A stretch of 64,000 nt of DNA from the human T2T-CHM13v2.0 reference genome, Homo sapiens (GCF_009914755.1 NC_060944.1); one strand, 5' to 3'. Shown: positions 14,020 to 26,479, counted from the stretch's first letter. Notes: generated from the letters alone by a model not told the origin. Numbers and translations are program-made.

Positions 14020-14389
14020 AAGTAGCAGATGTTGTCATGGCCCCAGTGCTTGGCCCATCTCAGAGGTGCAGCTCCAGGCTGCCACAGGAGACAGTCACTG
14101 CCCCCTACAGCATCCTACCCCAAGCACCTGCACTCTCTGCCTGAGTGGAGTGAACTATGCCTCAATGCCATAGCCTCTGGACCCTTCTAGAGAGCAGCCC
14201 ACATTCTCTTGGACGGACCCCAGAAGGACTGCACTCCAGCTGCCCCCAGCATCGTTATCTCCGTGCGTTGTTTTTCCCTGTCTCTTCCTTCCCGGCTCCT
14301 CACCATGCTTCCTGGATCCCATCCCAGATAAACTACTTGTATCTGAAGTTTATCTCAGGTCTGCTAGTGGGGGCACCCAAGCTAAGACA
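14020..14389 (+). mobile_element. ERVL-type LTR (LTR16-like)
   Basis: 3' end ataaactacttgtatctg...tctcaggtctgct...cccaagctaagaca typical of the LTR16 family. Confidence 0.65.
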
Positions 14390-14789
14390 CAAGTTTCACT
14401 AGCATATTTGGGTATTCCTAGAGAATTGCAACTCATCAAAGCTGAGGGCTGATTTGCTCATTAATATGGGCATCTACTCTAAATTGACACAAGCTGCGAA
14501 CGTCTCACAGGTTTGTTGAGCTGTAAAGTGGACAGTGTAGCAGCAACCAGGAGAAACCTGAATCCAGATGAAGCGATGTGACCAGGAGAACCACAGTGCC
14601 ATTGCAGTGGCTGGATTTGATCTTTATGAAGTCATAGTGATCCCTGTTGTGGAACCCAGGTGGGGACATTCAATAAAATCCATCCTCGTGCCACAGTATT
14701 CACCCATTTCCTGAAAATGTTCTTTTAAAAGTGAAACAAATGAGCAAAAAGCAACCACCAAAAATATTAGTGATGCTTTACATACTTGC

Positions 14790-14937
14790 AATTCAAACAG
14801 TGGCCCCAGACCAGCCACATTCCCTTCACCTGGGAGCTTGTTAGAATTGTCCCACCCAGACCTGCTGAATCAGACTTTGCTTTTACACAAGATCCAGGTG
14901 ACTCAGGGGCACATCACAGTTTAGAAAGTGCTGCTCT
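14790..14937. mobile_element. MER5A (hAT-Charlie)
   Basis: cacctgggagcttgttagaa...cccagacctgctgaatcagac...aagatccaggtga...agtttagaaagtgctg. Confidence 0.8.
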
Positions 14938-14964
14938 AAGGGATGTTGGCTTTGCAGAACAGGG

Positions 14965-15170
14965 CAGTTAATCTACAGGTTCTGGGGTTGAATCCTGGCT
15001 CCATCGCTTACTAGCTCTGTGGCTTGCGGCCAGTCCCTTAACCTCTCTGGGCCTCAGTTTCCTCATTGGTTAGGTGCCTACCCCCTAGAGCTGCTATGAG
15101 ACTTCAATGCAATCATCAATATAAATTGTTTAACACAATACCTGGCATGTACTAAGTGTACACACATTTT
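14965..15170 (+). mobile_element. MIR SINE
   Basis: gaatcctggctcc...cttactagctctgtg...cttaacctctctgggcctcagtttcctcat. Confidence 0.85.
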
Positions 15171-15384
15171 AGCTCTTAGCCTGGTCATCCCTGCAGCATG
15201 ATGAGTAAGCAGTCCTGGTTTTCTGAACAGTACTTGAAAGGTTGTATAATAATAAAATATTTTGGATGTGGAGTGAGTCAAGGGTGAGATTTCTCATCTC
15301 AGCTCTATTTAGTGCCAAAAAAGTAACTCCTGCGGCTGAGCCTCTGTTCCCTAGCCAGAAAATGAAAGAGAATCCTTTCCACCT

Positions 15385-15540
15385 GCAGTTCCCATTCCTG
15401 AATGCACACGGTCATCACCTGGGGAGCTGGCAGCATCCTGACACCTGGCTCCACCCCCTGAGATCCTGATGTCACGGCCTAGGGTAGAGCCTAGGCACCT
15501 CCCAGAGATTGTCATGATCAACCAATGTTGAGCACGACCT
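15385..15540. mobile_element. MER5-family fragment
   Basis: atcacctggggagct...cctggctccaccccctgagatcctgat...gcctaggca. Confidence 0.55.
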
Positions 15541-15909
15541 CCTTGGGCTTGTCATGCTGTGGCCACCTCCCATTATAAGAACTCAGGATACAGTAAAAAC
15601 CCATAGGAGTTTTGAATCTGCAGGATCGTTTTTCAAAGTGTGCACTAACACCCTGATTTATCTTTTATGCAAACTAAATTCCATACACTAAATCCTGATC
15701 TATGTGCCCAGTTGTAATGTTTATCTCTATCCCACTGGCAAATCACATTTTTGTCAGCACAGAGCTCATTACACATGGACTTGCTATCTACTGCTCTGCT
15801 CCTTTTAGATGGCCTTTGTTCTGCTTTAAAAAAAAAAGAAGTCCTGTTAGTTTTTCCTTGGGATGAACTGCTAAAATATCCCCAAATCCTTTAAGAAAGT
15901 CAGGGGAGC

Positions 15910-16235
<326 letters not shown>

Positions 16236-16589
16236 CTATACAATGTAATAATTCATCAGCAGAGTATGTGAATCAATTGTGGAAAAGAATAAGACCATGT
16301 CCCAAGTAAATGGACTTGCATATGTAACTTACCACCACAGTTTGATCAATGTGGCTGCCTCCAAGTTTTCTGGCTGCTGAAGGAACTAAGACGATTCTTA
16401 ATGGACTCTTGCTACAATACCACCAGCGAGTGGAAGACCAACATGTTGAAGGAAGGGCTGGAGGAGGTGATTCCCCAGCACCAGAGCAAGCCCCTTTCAA
16501 AACTGCAATGCCCGTCCCTGGCCTGATAGCTTTACCTTCACTCAGGCCCTTCCTTCACCTCCTAAGGACTTTCCAGCTCCCCTAATAAC

Positions 16590-16833
16590 CAGAACTGCCA
16601 GATTTATTGAGCAAGTTTATTTTCTATTTTTTGAGTGAATATATTTACTTATTTATTGAGCAAATGAAAATACAGGATGCCCAGTGAAATCTGAATTTCA
16701 AATGAACAATGATTTTTAGTATAAATATGGCCCATGAAATATTTGGAACATACTTATACTAAAAAAAGTTTTTTTGCTGTTGATCTGAAAATTCAAAGTT
16801 AGGTGGACATCCTGTATTTTATCCTGAAACTCT
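16590..16833. mobile_element. MER53 palindromic hAT MITE with small internal insertion
   Basis: tgccagattt...aaaatacaggatgcccagtgaaatctgaatttc...catacttatactaaaa...atctgaaaattcaaa...catcctgtattttatc; self-complementary arms. Confidence 0.85.
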
Positions 16834-17099
16834 CCTCATAACCATCACGCCCCCAGTATAGACAAAATTCTTCAACAACAGTCTCAGCAAGGAATAAACA
16901 TGAAATAGGGATGTCTTTCCAATCACATGGCTCTTTCAAGTCTCCTTTCCTTATCTGAAGCAGAAGTTGCGGGTTGCTTCTGAATTTCTGGCCTTTATTT
17001 TTAATTTGGAAACAGAGCCCCATTGACCACTGCCATTCAGCTAAAAGTTGTGCTCTCCAGGGTTCCCGACAGCTAGGTCTTCTGGAAATGAGACTGAAT

Positions 17100-17730
17100 T
17101 ATAACCAGTGGGATAGGGGAGGGAGTGTTGGGGTATGCCTGGGAATACTTCTTTAATGGGGGGTCTTCTCTTTCTTCATCCTACTGCTAAGAATATAGCT
17201 ATGATGACTGGAGCAACAGCAGCCACATTGGGCTGTGAGAACACAGTTCACATCAGTGTAGAAAGCTGGAAGTAACCGAGTCCCTAGTAGCTTCCTGGAG
17301 CAGAACTACCATATCAGCCCTGGATGCCTCCCTCCAGATATTTTTCACATGAAAGAAAAGTCAACTTTTTTTTTTTTTTTTTGAGATGGGGTCTCACTCT
17401 GTCACCCAGGTTGGAGTGCAGTGGCGTGATCTCAGCTCACTGTAATCTCTGCTTCCCAGGCTCAAGCTAACCTCCCACCTCAGCCTCCTGAGAAGCTGGG
17501 ACCACAGGCACACACCACCACACCCAGCTAATTTGTTGCAGTTTTGGTAGAGATGGAGTTTCACCATGTTACCCAGGCTGATCTCAAATTCCTGAGCTCA
17601 GGGGATTCGCCCACCTCAGTCTCCCAAAGTGTTGCCATGAGCCACCACATCTGGCCAAAGTCAACTTTTGTTTCAGCCAACGATGTTTGTGGGTTTTCTA
17701 GCTTTGTAGCCAAGCCAAGAGATACCATCC
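17100..17730 (+). mobile_element. Old MaLR LTR (MLT1J/K-like) split by an Alu
   Basis: tgatgactggagcaacagcagccacattg...ccatatcagccctggatgcct; resumes after the Alu TSD. Confidence 0.6.
17370..17656 (-). mobile_element. AluJb-like
   Basis: Exact TSD aaagtcaactttt at 17357-17369 and 17657-17669. Confidence 0.95.
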
Positions 17731-20164
17731 ATTAATGACATCTTGCAGATTCCATCACTTTCTGGTCACAATTTGGGGAGTCCAGTTGAAAATGCAATCT
17801 CATATCCCATTGGAATCTTATGTCCTCCCTTCCACCAGGCTTGGTCATGTTTGAGGCTCATGAGGCTTGATGGGGAGGAAGATAAGATAGCCATAAGAAA
17901 TATCAGGAAAAGGAGATGGAAGCATTGAAGGATGCTGGCCAGAGGAAGATGAATCCATCCAGACAGGGGATCCCAGGAGCTTTGGGAGGCAAAGGCCCTT
18001 GAGAAACTAGAGCACAATTCTCATGGGTGGAAACCGTGTAGTGTGGGGCAGTACCCCCCACCCCCGTTGAAGGGGTGAGTAGAGGCAACAAGGTGTGTGC
18101 TTGCATAATACGTTGTGTCTCTTAGTTATTTGGATGTGGAACTCAGAGACTCCAGTCTAAAGCTTTGCCCAGAGAGAGACTCTCCCTCAACCTTCCAGTA
18201 AATTCCCCTTCGGAGGTCAGCCTCTGCTACTTGCAAACCTAAGAACCATGGTTAAGGTGCTCTGACATCGTGGTTAAGTCACTAAGCTTCTTAATGCCTG
18301 ATCTCTTCATCAGTAGATAGGAAAGGCAGCCCAGGGTCTACTCTCCCTGCATTCACTGTTTCTACTGTGCATTCAGCATCATGCCAGACAGGTGCTGCTT
18401 CCTACGGGGCTCAAAGCACCTTGAAAACATCATCAGCGTGGTTAGGAATTCGAGGCTGCATGTGTACACTGCTTTAATATTACCTCTCATCATTGCTTCT
18501 CCTAAGGGCCATTGAATCTCTAGCACACAGGGACCCTTGGAGTCAGTTTCATTAGAGAAAGAGCCAGGTTAATTCCAGCCCAGCGAGGAGGCTCTGAATC
18601 AAACAGCCGCCTCTTCCCTCCAGAGCTTCTTCAGGCTGACCCCCAGGCGCCTTTCTATCAGGGGAAAGATTGGACAGCCCGGCAGTTATCGACAGAGACG
18701 GCCGACGGACATTGATTGGGACTGCACTGCGAGTCTCTTTCATTTCCAAGTACCAGCTATGAGAGAGTGATGGACGTGTCCTGGTGAGATTCTGAGTCTC
18801 CTGGAGCTGAGTGATACAGAGACTCATGAGCAAGTCCTGCCTGTCTGCCCAGGGCAGGGACGCCATCAGCCCCAATGAGTTGCTGACCTTTAGAAGAAAA
18901 ATCATCATAAGCTCAGCAGCAGCCCCTGATTGAAGGATCTGCAATCATGAAAATGTAAAAGTTAAATGACTTCCAAGGAGAGCGACTGCATTCCCTGCAG
19001 CACAAATGTTCTACCCCAACTCGATGCTCTCCGTCCCCTGCCCCACCAGGGATGGTATCTGGTCTCCTGGAAGTTCACAGCCCTGGCCTCCCTGCCTGCT
19101 GAACCTCCCACCCCTGTCCATCCGAAACACTAACCAGGGGAGAGCAGGTCCAGAGAAGGGAAATCAGGGGACTCACACCAAAAGAAATGAGAGTAGATGA
19201 CGAAGCAGAACCTCCACGCCCACCGCACCATGGCCTGTGGACTTAGTATGGCCTTCAAGACCCTCCCTGAAGGAGCAGCTGCCAGCATCTCAAGTATGCT
19301 GCCCATCGAAACTGTCACATTTCACCGTATGCCTCCTCCACCCCCTCGGACACAGACTGCATATCTCTGTGTCCTCAGTGCCACCCTGAGACCTCACTCA
19401 TAGCAGGTATCCAGTGAGCCCTCCAGAAAGGGCTGGGCACCACATGGCCAGGTGGCTTCAGCAAAGCTCTCAAGCTGTGGATGCCTTCTCCAGGCATGGC
19501 CCTCTGGAGGCACGCTCCACTCTTCCTGGCTCCTTCAGTCACTTTCCAATCCTCCCGTGGGCTCAGACATGCTTTTAAGCAAAGATCCCTGACTCTCCCA
19601 TTAAGGAGTCCAAAGAAGGACAGATCGACGTTCTCTCTGACAGCCAGAGTCCCCTGGCAGGGAGAACGGATTTGGGAATGGGGTCACAGACAACCCACAC
19701 CCCCTCCCATGGCCCAGTCTTTTTGTCTCTCATGCCACCATCCTCTCCGCTGGGGAGGGGCCAATGGCGATCAGATTCGTGGATCAATGTGATGCATCTG
19801 TCTCCTGATCTCCTGACCTGTCTGCTTGGTTTTAAGGGTTTTGTCCTTTCTTTTGCCTTTTATTGTAAAGCCTCAAACTCCTTTTGAAAAAAAAGGCAGG
19901 AGCATAAATATTACATAAGTTTAAACAAGATATAAATATGTAATTGACTGTGAAGGGCTGAGTGGAATGTTTCCCAACACGCAGGTCCTGCTGTGCCCAG
20001 GATGGAGTGGGGGACCAGCCCTTTCACCGGGGCCTGTCCACTCCAAGAGGGGATGGAAACGGAAGCGTGCAGGCTGAGCTGGACCGTGAGCATCACAAGC
20101 AGAGCTGTGTGCTTCTGTGCACCACTGCGAGCCCAGCACTGCACAGCGGAGCTCACCAAACACT

Positions 20165-20227
20165 GAATGAATGAATGAATGAATGAATGAATGAATGAAT
20201 GAATGAATGCATGCATGCATGAATGAA
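20165..20227. repeat. (GAAT)n microsatellite, probably an expanded L2 tail
   Basis: Directly visible. Confidence 0.9.
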
Positions 20228-20449
20228 CTGCTTCATCCTTCTGCATGTTCTCCATTCAGATAGGGTTTCCAGAGAGCAGCTAGAGATTGGGAAACTGGAG
20301 ATGTCATGCGCTGAAGCCTATTTAATCAGGTCTTCTATGTCCTGGAGGTGCTCGGGGGTGGAAAAGGGACAACTTCCAAGGGAAACAGCGTTGGGAACGT
20401 GCCCACCATGGAACAAAAGCTTCCTGCACCCCCTGAGGAATCAGCACCC

Positions 20450-21120
20450 TGCCTGGTGCCCTGTGCATTTCCTGCGCTGTTTTCTCCACACTTCCACTGC
20501 CACCAGCCTGGCTTGGGCCATCGTTACTCCAGCCTCTCCCCCTGCACTCCACTGTCCCTTCTCCAGTTCACAGCCAGAATGATGCTTTTAACATGGGAAT
20601 CTGAGCCTGTTGCCACACAGCCCAAGAACCCTTCCCTTCTGAGCCTGCAAGCCTGCATGACCTGGCCCAGCCCCAAGAATCTCATTGCTCCCTTTTCCTC
20701 CCTCTTGCTCCCCCAACAAAAACCCTTCTCAGGACCCTTGCCCTTGAGGTGCCTTTGCCTGGATGGCTCTTCTCCAAAACAGTCTCCCAGCTCCTCTCTC
20801 CCTCACTTTCTTCCAACCCTGCTCAAATGCCACCTCCTCTAAGCAGTCCTCCCTGACTGCTCAGGCAAAACACCACCACCACCACCACCACCACCAGACT
20901 CACAACTCTCCACCCCCTTACCTGGTCTTACCTTTCTTTATAGCACCTTTCTCTGCCTGACAGCCATCGCACTGTGCGTAGATTCATTTATTCACTTCTT
21001 GTTCACCTCTCTTATTTAAAAGAGAGCATTGTGAGAACAGGGACCATGTCCATCTAGCTCACCACTAAACCCCAGTGTCCAACACATAGGAACATGGCAA
21101 TCAATATTTGTTGACTAAAT
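20450..21120 (+). mobile_element. L2 LINE 3' portion, containing (CAC)n at 20871-20895
   Basis: cacagccagaatgatgcttttaa...ctcaaatgccacctcctc...gagaacagggaccatgtc...caatatttgttga. Confidence 0.8.
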
Positions 21121-21686
21121 TAACTCCCATCTAAGAGATGAAGTGACCGGGACTTGGAGAGGTGAAAAACACCTTCGGAAGATGAGCGTAGACCCTGGCT
21201 CTTCCCCTTACCTGCGGGGGTCAGATTCTTTCCCAAGTCAAGACAATGGTGACTGCCATGCAGACTCTGAGACCCTGACCCAGGCAATGCTCAGAGAATG
21301 ACTTCGCACAGGTTTATTATGTTTGGCAAGAGATAATTAACCGTGTCCCTTGTATCAACAGCCTTGGATAAAGAGTGGCCCCAGCTCTGCAAGCACCCAG
21401 GCAGTTTTGCAAACCAGATTATTACTTCATATAAATATTTAATGAGGCTTGCCCTCTAGGTCTCCCTTCCTGGTCCATGATCATTAAATATAATCTTGCA
21501 GCCAAAATTCAAACTCAGCTGTCTTGGGTGGGAGGAGGGAGAGTTCAAACCTACTGAAGACCCTGGTTAACTTTAAACTCAATAGCAGATGAAGGGGAAA
21601 ACAGCACAGAAGGGGGGAAAAGGGAGGTAGGGAGGGAAGAAGAGAGGCATGACAGGCCAATATTTCTAAAAAGCCCCATTGGACAC

Positions 21687-22116
21687 TGTAGTGTAGCAAA
21701 TGGTGTCCCCCAAAATTCGTGTCTACTGGAACCTCAGAATGTGATGTCGTCTGGAAATCGGGTCTTTTCAGATGTCATTAGTTAAAATGAGGTCATACAG
21801 GATTAGGGTAGATCCTAAATCCAATGACTGATGTCCTTATTGAAAAAAAAAAAAAAAAAAAAAAAAAAGGAGAGAAGCCAGAAGGCCACGTAGAGACAGC
21901 AGTGTTGCAGCCACAAGCCAAGGGCCACCTGGAACCACCAGATGCTGGAAGAGACAAGGAAAGACCCTTCCCTAGCTCTTCTGGAGGGGGCACGGCTCTG
22001 TGTATACCTTGATTTTGAACCTCTGGCCTCCAGAACTCTGAGATAATATATTCCTGCTGTTCTAAACCAGCCAGTTTGCAGTAATTTGTCACAGCAGCCC
22101 CCAGGAGATTCATACA
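21687..22116 (+). mobile_element. MLT1C-like MaLR solo LTR
   Basis: ggaacctcagaatgtga...atgaggtcatac...caagccaagg...ccaccagatgctggaagag...ggcctccagaact...taatttgtcacagcagcc...taca. Confidence 0.85.
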
Positions 22117-23189
22117 GGCTCTCTGGAATTTTCTCCAGGGCACTCCCCACCCCCAGAGCCTCTCCACCAGAGCTAAGTGAGGGCCAGGAATGGGAGCATG
22201 TGGTGGTTTTTGAGCAGGAGGCCCAGGCTCTGTGGCTGTGCCCTGAGCTGCCTCAGTCTCCCCAGCCACCCCTCGGCTAGCTTGGCCCTCCAGAGCCAGC
22301 TGACCCTCTGGGGGCTCTCAGGGCCCTGGCTCCATGTCACCTCTTTGCTTTCCCTTCCTCTCAAAGTCCTCTTCTTGAAATACCAACACGTGAGCTTCCA
22401 ATGATGCTTCTTGGGCTGGAATCAGGCCGCACTGCAGGTACACTGAGGGCCCACCATGTGGGGTCAAGAGTCAAATTCAGGGAGACCCTGTACACAGCAG
22501 GGCCATCCGTATCTCTGACTGCCCCCTGCAACTCCCCGTGTTCCTTCTCACTTCTCACCCCCGCGATGAGAGGCCTCATCCAGGACAGCCTGAGCAGCCC
22601 AGCACCCAGCAGGGAGGTTGGCTGCAGGCAGGGGTGAGGGCCTGGGTCCGCACTGTGCTGCCCACATCTACTGTGCCCAGGAGCACCCCAGGCCCCCGCC
22701 CAGGTGCAGGCTTTGTCGCAGGAGGCATGTGGGGCCTGAGGTCCTGCGTTGCAGGCAAGCTCTCTAGTGACGTAAGACATGCTTGGCAGGACAGCTCGGG
22801 AGAGGCCTCTCTGTGCCTTCATCCCTGGCCAGCTGGTCTTCCTGAAGGGACCACATGCTCCAAGGGCGGTGGTGAATAAATATACCCTAAAAGGTCGAGA
22901 GACAACCTCCACGTGCACAGGCTTTAACTTGGATTTACTCAAATAGGGAAGCCTGTTTCTTCTCTAGCAAAGGACAGAGCCACAGTGCAAACAGCCTAAA
23001 AGATAAATGAGCATGGACACTCTCAACAGCAAGAAGAGGACAGGCAGGTGGGGGAGAGGGAGAGCAGCAGTGCGTCTGGTGGACCTGCATGACTCCAACC
23101 AGTATCACCAAAAGCACTTCCAGACTAATCCATAGGTGAGCAAATCTGAAGAATCTATCATCTATCTCCCCAAAAGAGAGAAAAACTAA

Positions 23190-23360
23190 CATTAGTTGGG
23201 CACATACTATAAGCTGTCATCCTCCATTGACTCATTTCATACCTACGAGCACCCTCTGAGATGCATGCTTGAATCTCCATCGTACAGACTGGGAGATGGA
23301 AGTTCAGAGAGGTTAAGTGACTTGCCCAAGGTCACAGAGCCCACAAGTGGCAGGATTGAC
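23190..23360 (-). mobile_element. MIR SINE
   Basis: cagagaggttaagtgacttgcccaaggtcacag exact MIR core. Confidence 0.85.
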
Positions 23361-24705
23361 AGTTCTGTTTCTTTCTTTCTATTACATCACAGGTTTTGAG
23401 AGCCGACCAGCTTCCAGGGATCATCTCCCACCTGGAATGAAGTTAAGAGAACAGGCAGGAAAGGGAAGACAGGGTGAACTGGCCAAGAAATCCCTAATTG
23501 TGTAAATTACCAGACAAAGCTCTTCAGCCCCTTCCTCATGACTCAGACATGGAGACAAAGGACAAATGAAAGGGAGGAAATGTCTTTGCCTCCCTGGAAA
23601 GGAAGGAGACCCACCAAGCAGAAAGAGAGGGAGGAGGGAAGGGACAGCTCAGTGGAGCTGCAGTGACCAAGCGGAGTACAGCGGGGAGAAATCCGGAGAC
23701 ATTTCCCAGTCTTGCCAGAAATTCCCAATCCCATGCATTTTCTCCTGCAGGGGAGGAAAGGGGGTCACTGCTTCCCCTTCCCGTACTCTGCAAGGTTTAG
23801 GTCCAATTGGGTCTCACAGAACTTGATGGCAGGGGGAGTGGTGGGGAGCAGTCACGGCACCCCTGCAGAGAAACAGCTTGGGAAACTATGCCAAACTCTG
23901 ACCTTGGGGGTAAGCCCCGCCTGTGTGACTCAGTTCTCTCATCCTTTTTGGAGTAGCCTGGTGGAGAGCCAGACCAAGGCTGACCACGCTCCAGGCTCTG
24001 GACTCAGAACTGGGGCTGACATAGCCAGCACTTCCTGCCTGTGTGGCCTTGAGAACTCAGCTCAGTCCCTCCATGCCTTGGTCTCCCCATTGTTGGGAGG
24101 AGGTGGCAACACCCTTGCCTGATCGTAGCACTGTGAACCTCGAGCCTGAGGCTTCTTTGAGCCCTGAGCATCCAGTACTCGGCAAGGACTTCCGTTGGTG
24201 GCATTCTTACTTCCTCCCCGTCGCTTTAGAGGGAACTCATTCATCCCCAGCTGAAGTGTAAATAACCGACTTTGCCCAAACCTAAAGAAGTGAAAGTGGA
24301 CAAACAAGGAGTGGCCCCCAAAGGGACCTTCCCTTCCAGATAGGAGCTTCCATTCAAGACACTGTCCACTCCCCACTGCTGGAGAACCCCAGCCCGGGGG
24401 TGCCCAGGGCCTCCTTAAACAAGAATTATCCTCCAGAGGCGTAATGCTCGACAAATAAATGGCTCAAACACTTCCTATTTTACCCCAAAAGACAGTTACC
24501 ACCAGAATAGACCCAAACTGTGAGCTCCAGAAGAACAGAAAATGTGCCCATCGTTCCCTCTGTGAATTGCCAGCAGCTATTAGCACAAGCGTCTGGCGCC
24601 TGGGATGCCCTTGGTAGGAGGGGCTTGAATTTAGGAAAAAGTGAATGTTAGGGCTCAGCTCAGGAAGTCCCAGGAGATCATAAAAAGCAGATGATCATGC
24701 TCTCT

Positions 24706-24809
24706 CCGGGAGGCGGAGCTTGCAGTGAGCCGAGATCGCGCCACTGCACTCCAGCCTGGGCAACGGAGCGAGACTCCATCTCACAAAAAAAAAAAAAAAA
24801 AAAAAAAAA
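24706..24809 (+). mobile_element. 5'-truncated AluY (3' end of right arm plus poly-A)
   Basis: ccgggaggcggagcttgcagtgagccgagatcgcgccactg; Y-diagnostic ggagcttgcag; CpGs intact. Confidence 0.9.
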
Positions 24810-24959
24810 GAGGGGGGTATTCCCAAATGCTCCAGCCCTGATCGTTCCTGACAGCTATGGAAGGAGCACAGACCAGCCAGGGCCAGAACCTTGGTTTCCA
24901 AGGGCAAACCCTCCTCATTAATTCCATCCCTTCAATGGAACTGCACTTTATCTCCTCCT

Positions 24960-25190
24960 GCAGAAAGGAATCCATCTCGATGTCAATCAGCGTGGCGCTC
25001 GCTTCCGACGGACTCACAGCGCAGCTGAGAAAGCTGGTCCGATGCTCCGTTAATGCGGCACTTTAATAACAATATCACTCAGATCTCAAACTGCTTAATT
25101 AGATTTCACTCATTGTCATCACTCGCCTCATTTGAACTGCTCGTTTATAATTTATGGTCTTTATGCATTTGGTTGTTCATTTGTAAAATG
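24960..25190. promoter_or_regulatory. Candidate enhancer / conserved non-coding element
   Basis: No recognisable repeat; 12 CpGs in ~185 bp; PBX/MEIS-type TGATTGACA (minus strand, 24981-24989), TAATTA, AACAAT and TTTATGG motifs. Confidence 0.4.
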
Positions 25191-25789
25191 GGAGAAAACA
25201 ATCACAGGGCAAAAAGCAAAGCTTAAGAAATGGATTTGACTTTTCCCAAGGGCTGGTGTGCTGCAGGGCTGAGCAGCAAGGTCAAAGGAGGAGGATGCTG
25301 GATGTGTGGTTGTTTACTGTTCCTGCCTGCTCAGTGTCCTTCGTCCCTTCTCCTGGTAAGAGCTCCTGGGGTTTCCCCCAGATAAGGATCCTCCCCAGCT
25401 CCAGGCCTTTGTGGTTGGTTGAGCCATTCTTCCACCTTCAGAAGGCATCTGCCAGCAGCAGCCTCCACCATCAGCTTGTTCTGACTCCAGTGGACTCAGT
25501 GATTGTTTCAAAAATAGGCACCTGACCCAAAGCAGTCCAATGACAGTGAGCCCTAAACATTTGCTGTAATTACAAACCTGCATGACTCCAAACAGCAGGT
25601 GAAGGGGAAAACAGCAGAGAAAGGAAGAAGGTCCCTCCTTCCCTTGGAACTTCCAAGGGGTCCGAGGGAAAGTCATTCCCTTGGGAATGATCCAGTTGGA
25701 CGTAAACCTTGCAGAGTGCGGTGAGGGGGAGCAGTGACTCCCTTTCCTCCCCTACAGCTGGGGAAGAGGCCTGCCTCTTGCTGGTGGAA

Positions 25790-26037
25790 TTTCAGTCTGT
25801 ACAGTGTGGGGGCCAGCCTCCCTCCCACAGCTGGGTGGGGTGAGCTGGCTGAGAACCAGCTTGAGGAAGCAGAACAAGGGAATTCCTGGCGACATTTCTG
25901 AGCACCTGGACTTAGTTATGCCTGAATCCAGGGGTGCTGGATACTTAAATTTTGTGAGTCAACATGTTCCCTTGTTTCTTTCAGCCTATTTGAGCTGAAT
26001 TTCTTTCACCAGCAATGGAAAGACATTCAACTGACAA
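25790..26037 (+). mobile_element. Old MLT1 LTR 3' fragment
   Basis: gagcacctgga...atgcctgaa...tgtgagtcaa...ttgagctgaatttct...aactgaca. Confidence 0.55.
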
Positions 26038-26189
26038 GATGTGATGTCAGAGATCACCTTCATGAGAAACACCATAGTCACTGATTCTTCTACAAACCCA
26101 ATTTGCGATGCATTTCTAAACATTAAAACCGTGAATAGTGCTAGAGTGATATCAAAGATGCCATTTTGAATTCATAGAGAAGAGTGGGG

Positions 26190-26470
26190 TTTCCTCTGGC
26201 CACCTTACCCCACATTTCAACATCACCCCAGCCCCACCATGACATAACACATTCCCTTGCCCTACTTTTTTTTTCTCCTTGGTTTTTATGCTCGAACATA
26301 CTAAATATCTTACTCATTTGTTTTTTGTATGATCTGTCTCTCTCCACTACAAAATCAGCTCCCTGAGGACAGGAGTTTTTCTATGTTTTGTTCACTGATA
26401 TGTCCCCATGTCAGTGGAACTGAGACATAGTAGTCCTTCAGTGGACATTTGTTGTCTGATTGAGTAAATC
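26190..26470 (+). mobile_element. L2 3' end
   Basis: agctccctgaggacaggagttttt...gttttgttcactgata...catagtag...catttgttg. Confidence 0.75.
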
Positions 26471-26479
26471 AAGCTGTTG

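Noticed and set aside
22361-22942. 193-aa minus-strand ORF in GC-rich unique sequence
   Set aside because: No recognisable domain; overlapping ORFs in several frames are expected in GC-rich DNA; no supporting exon structure.
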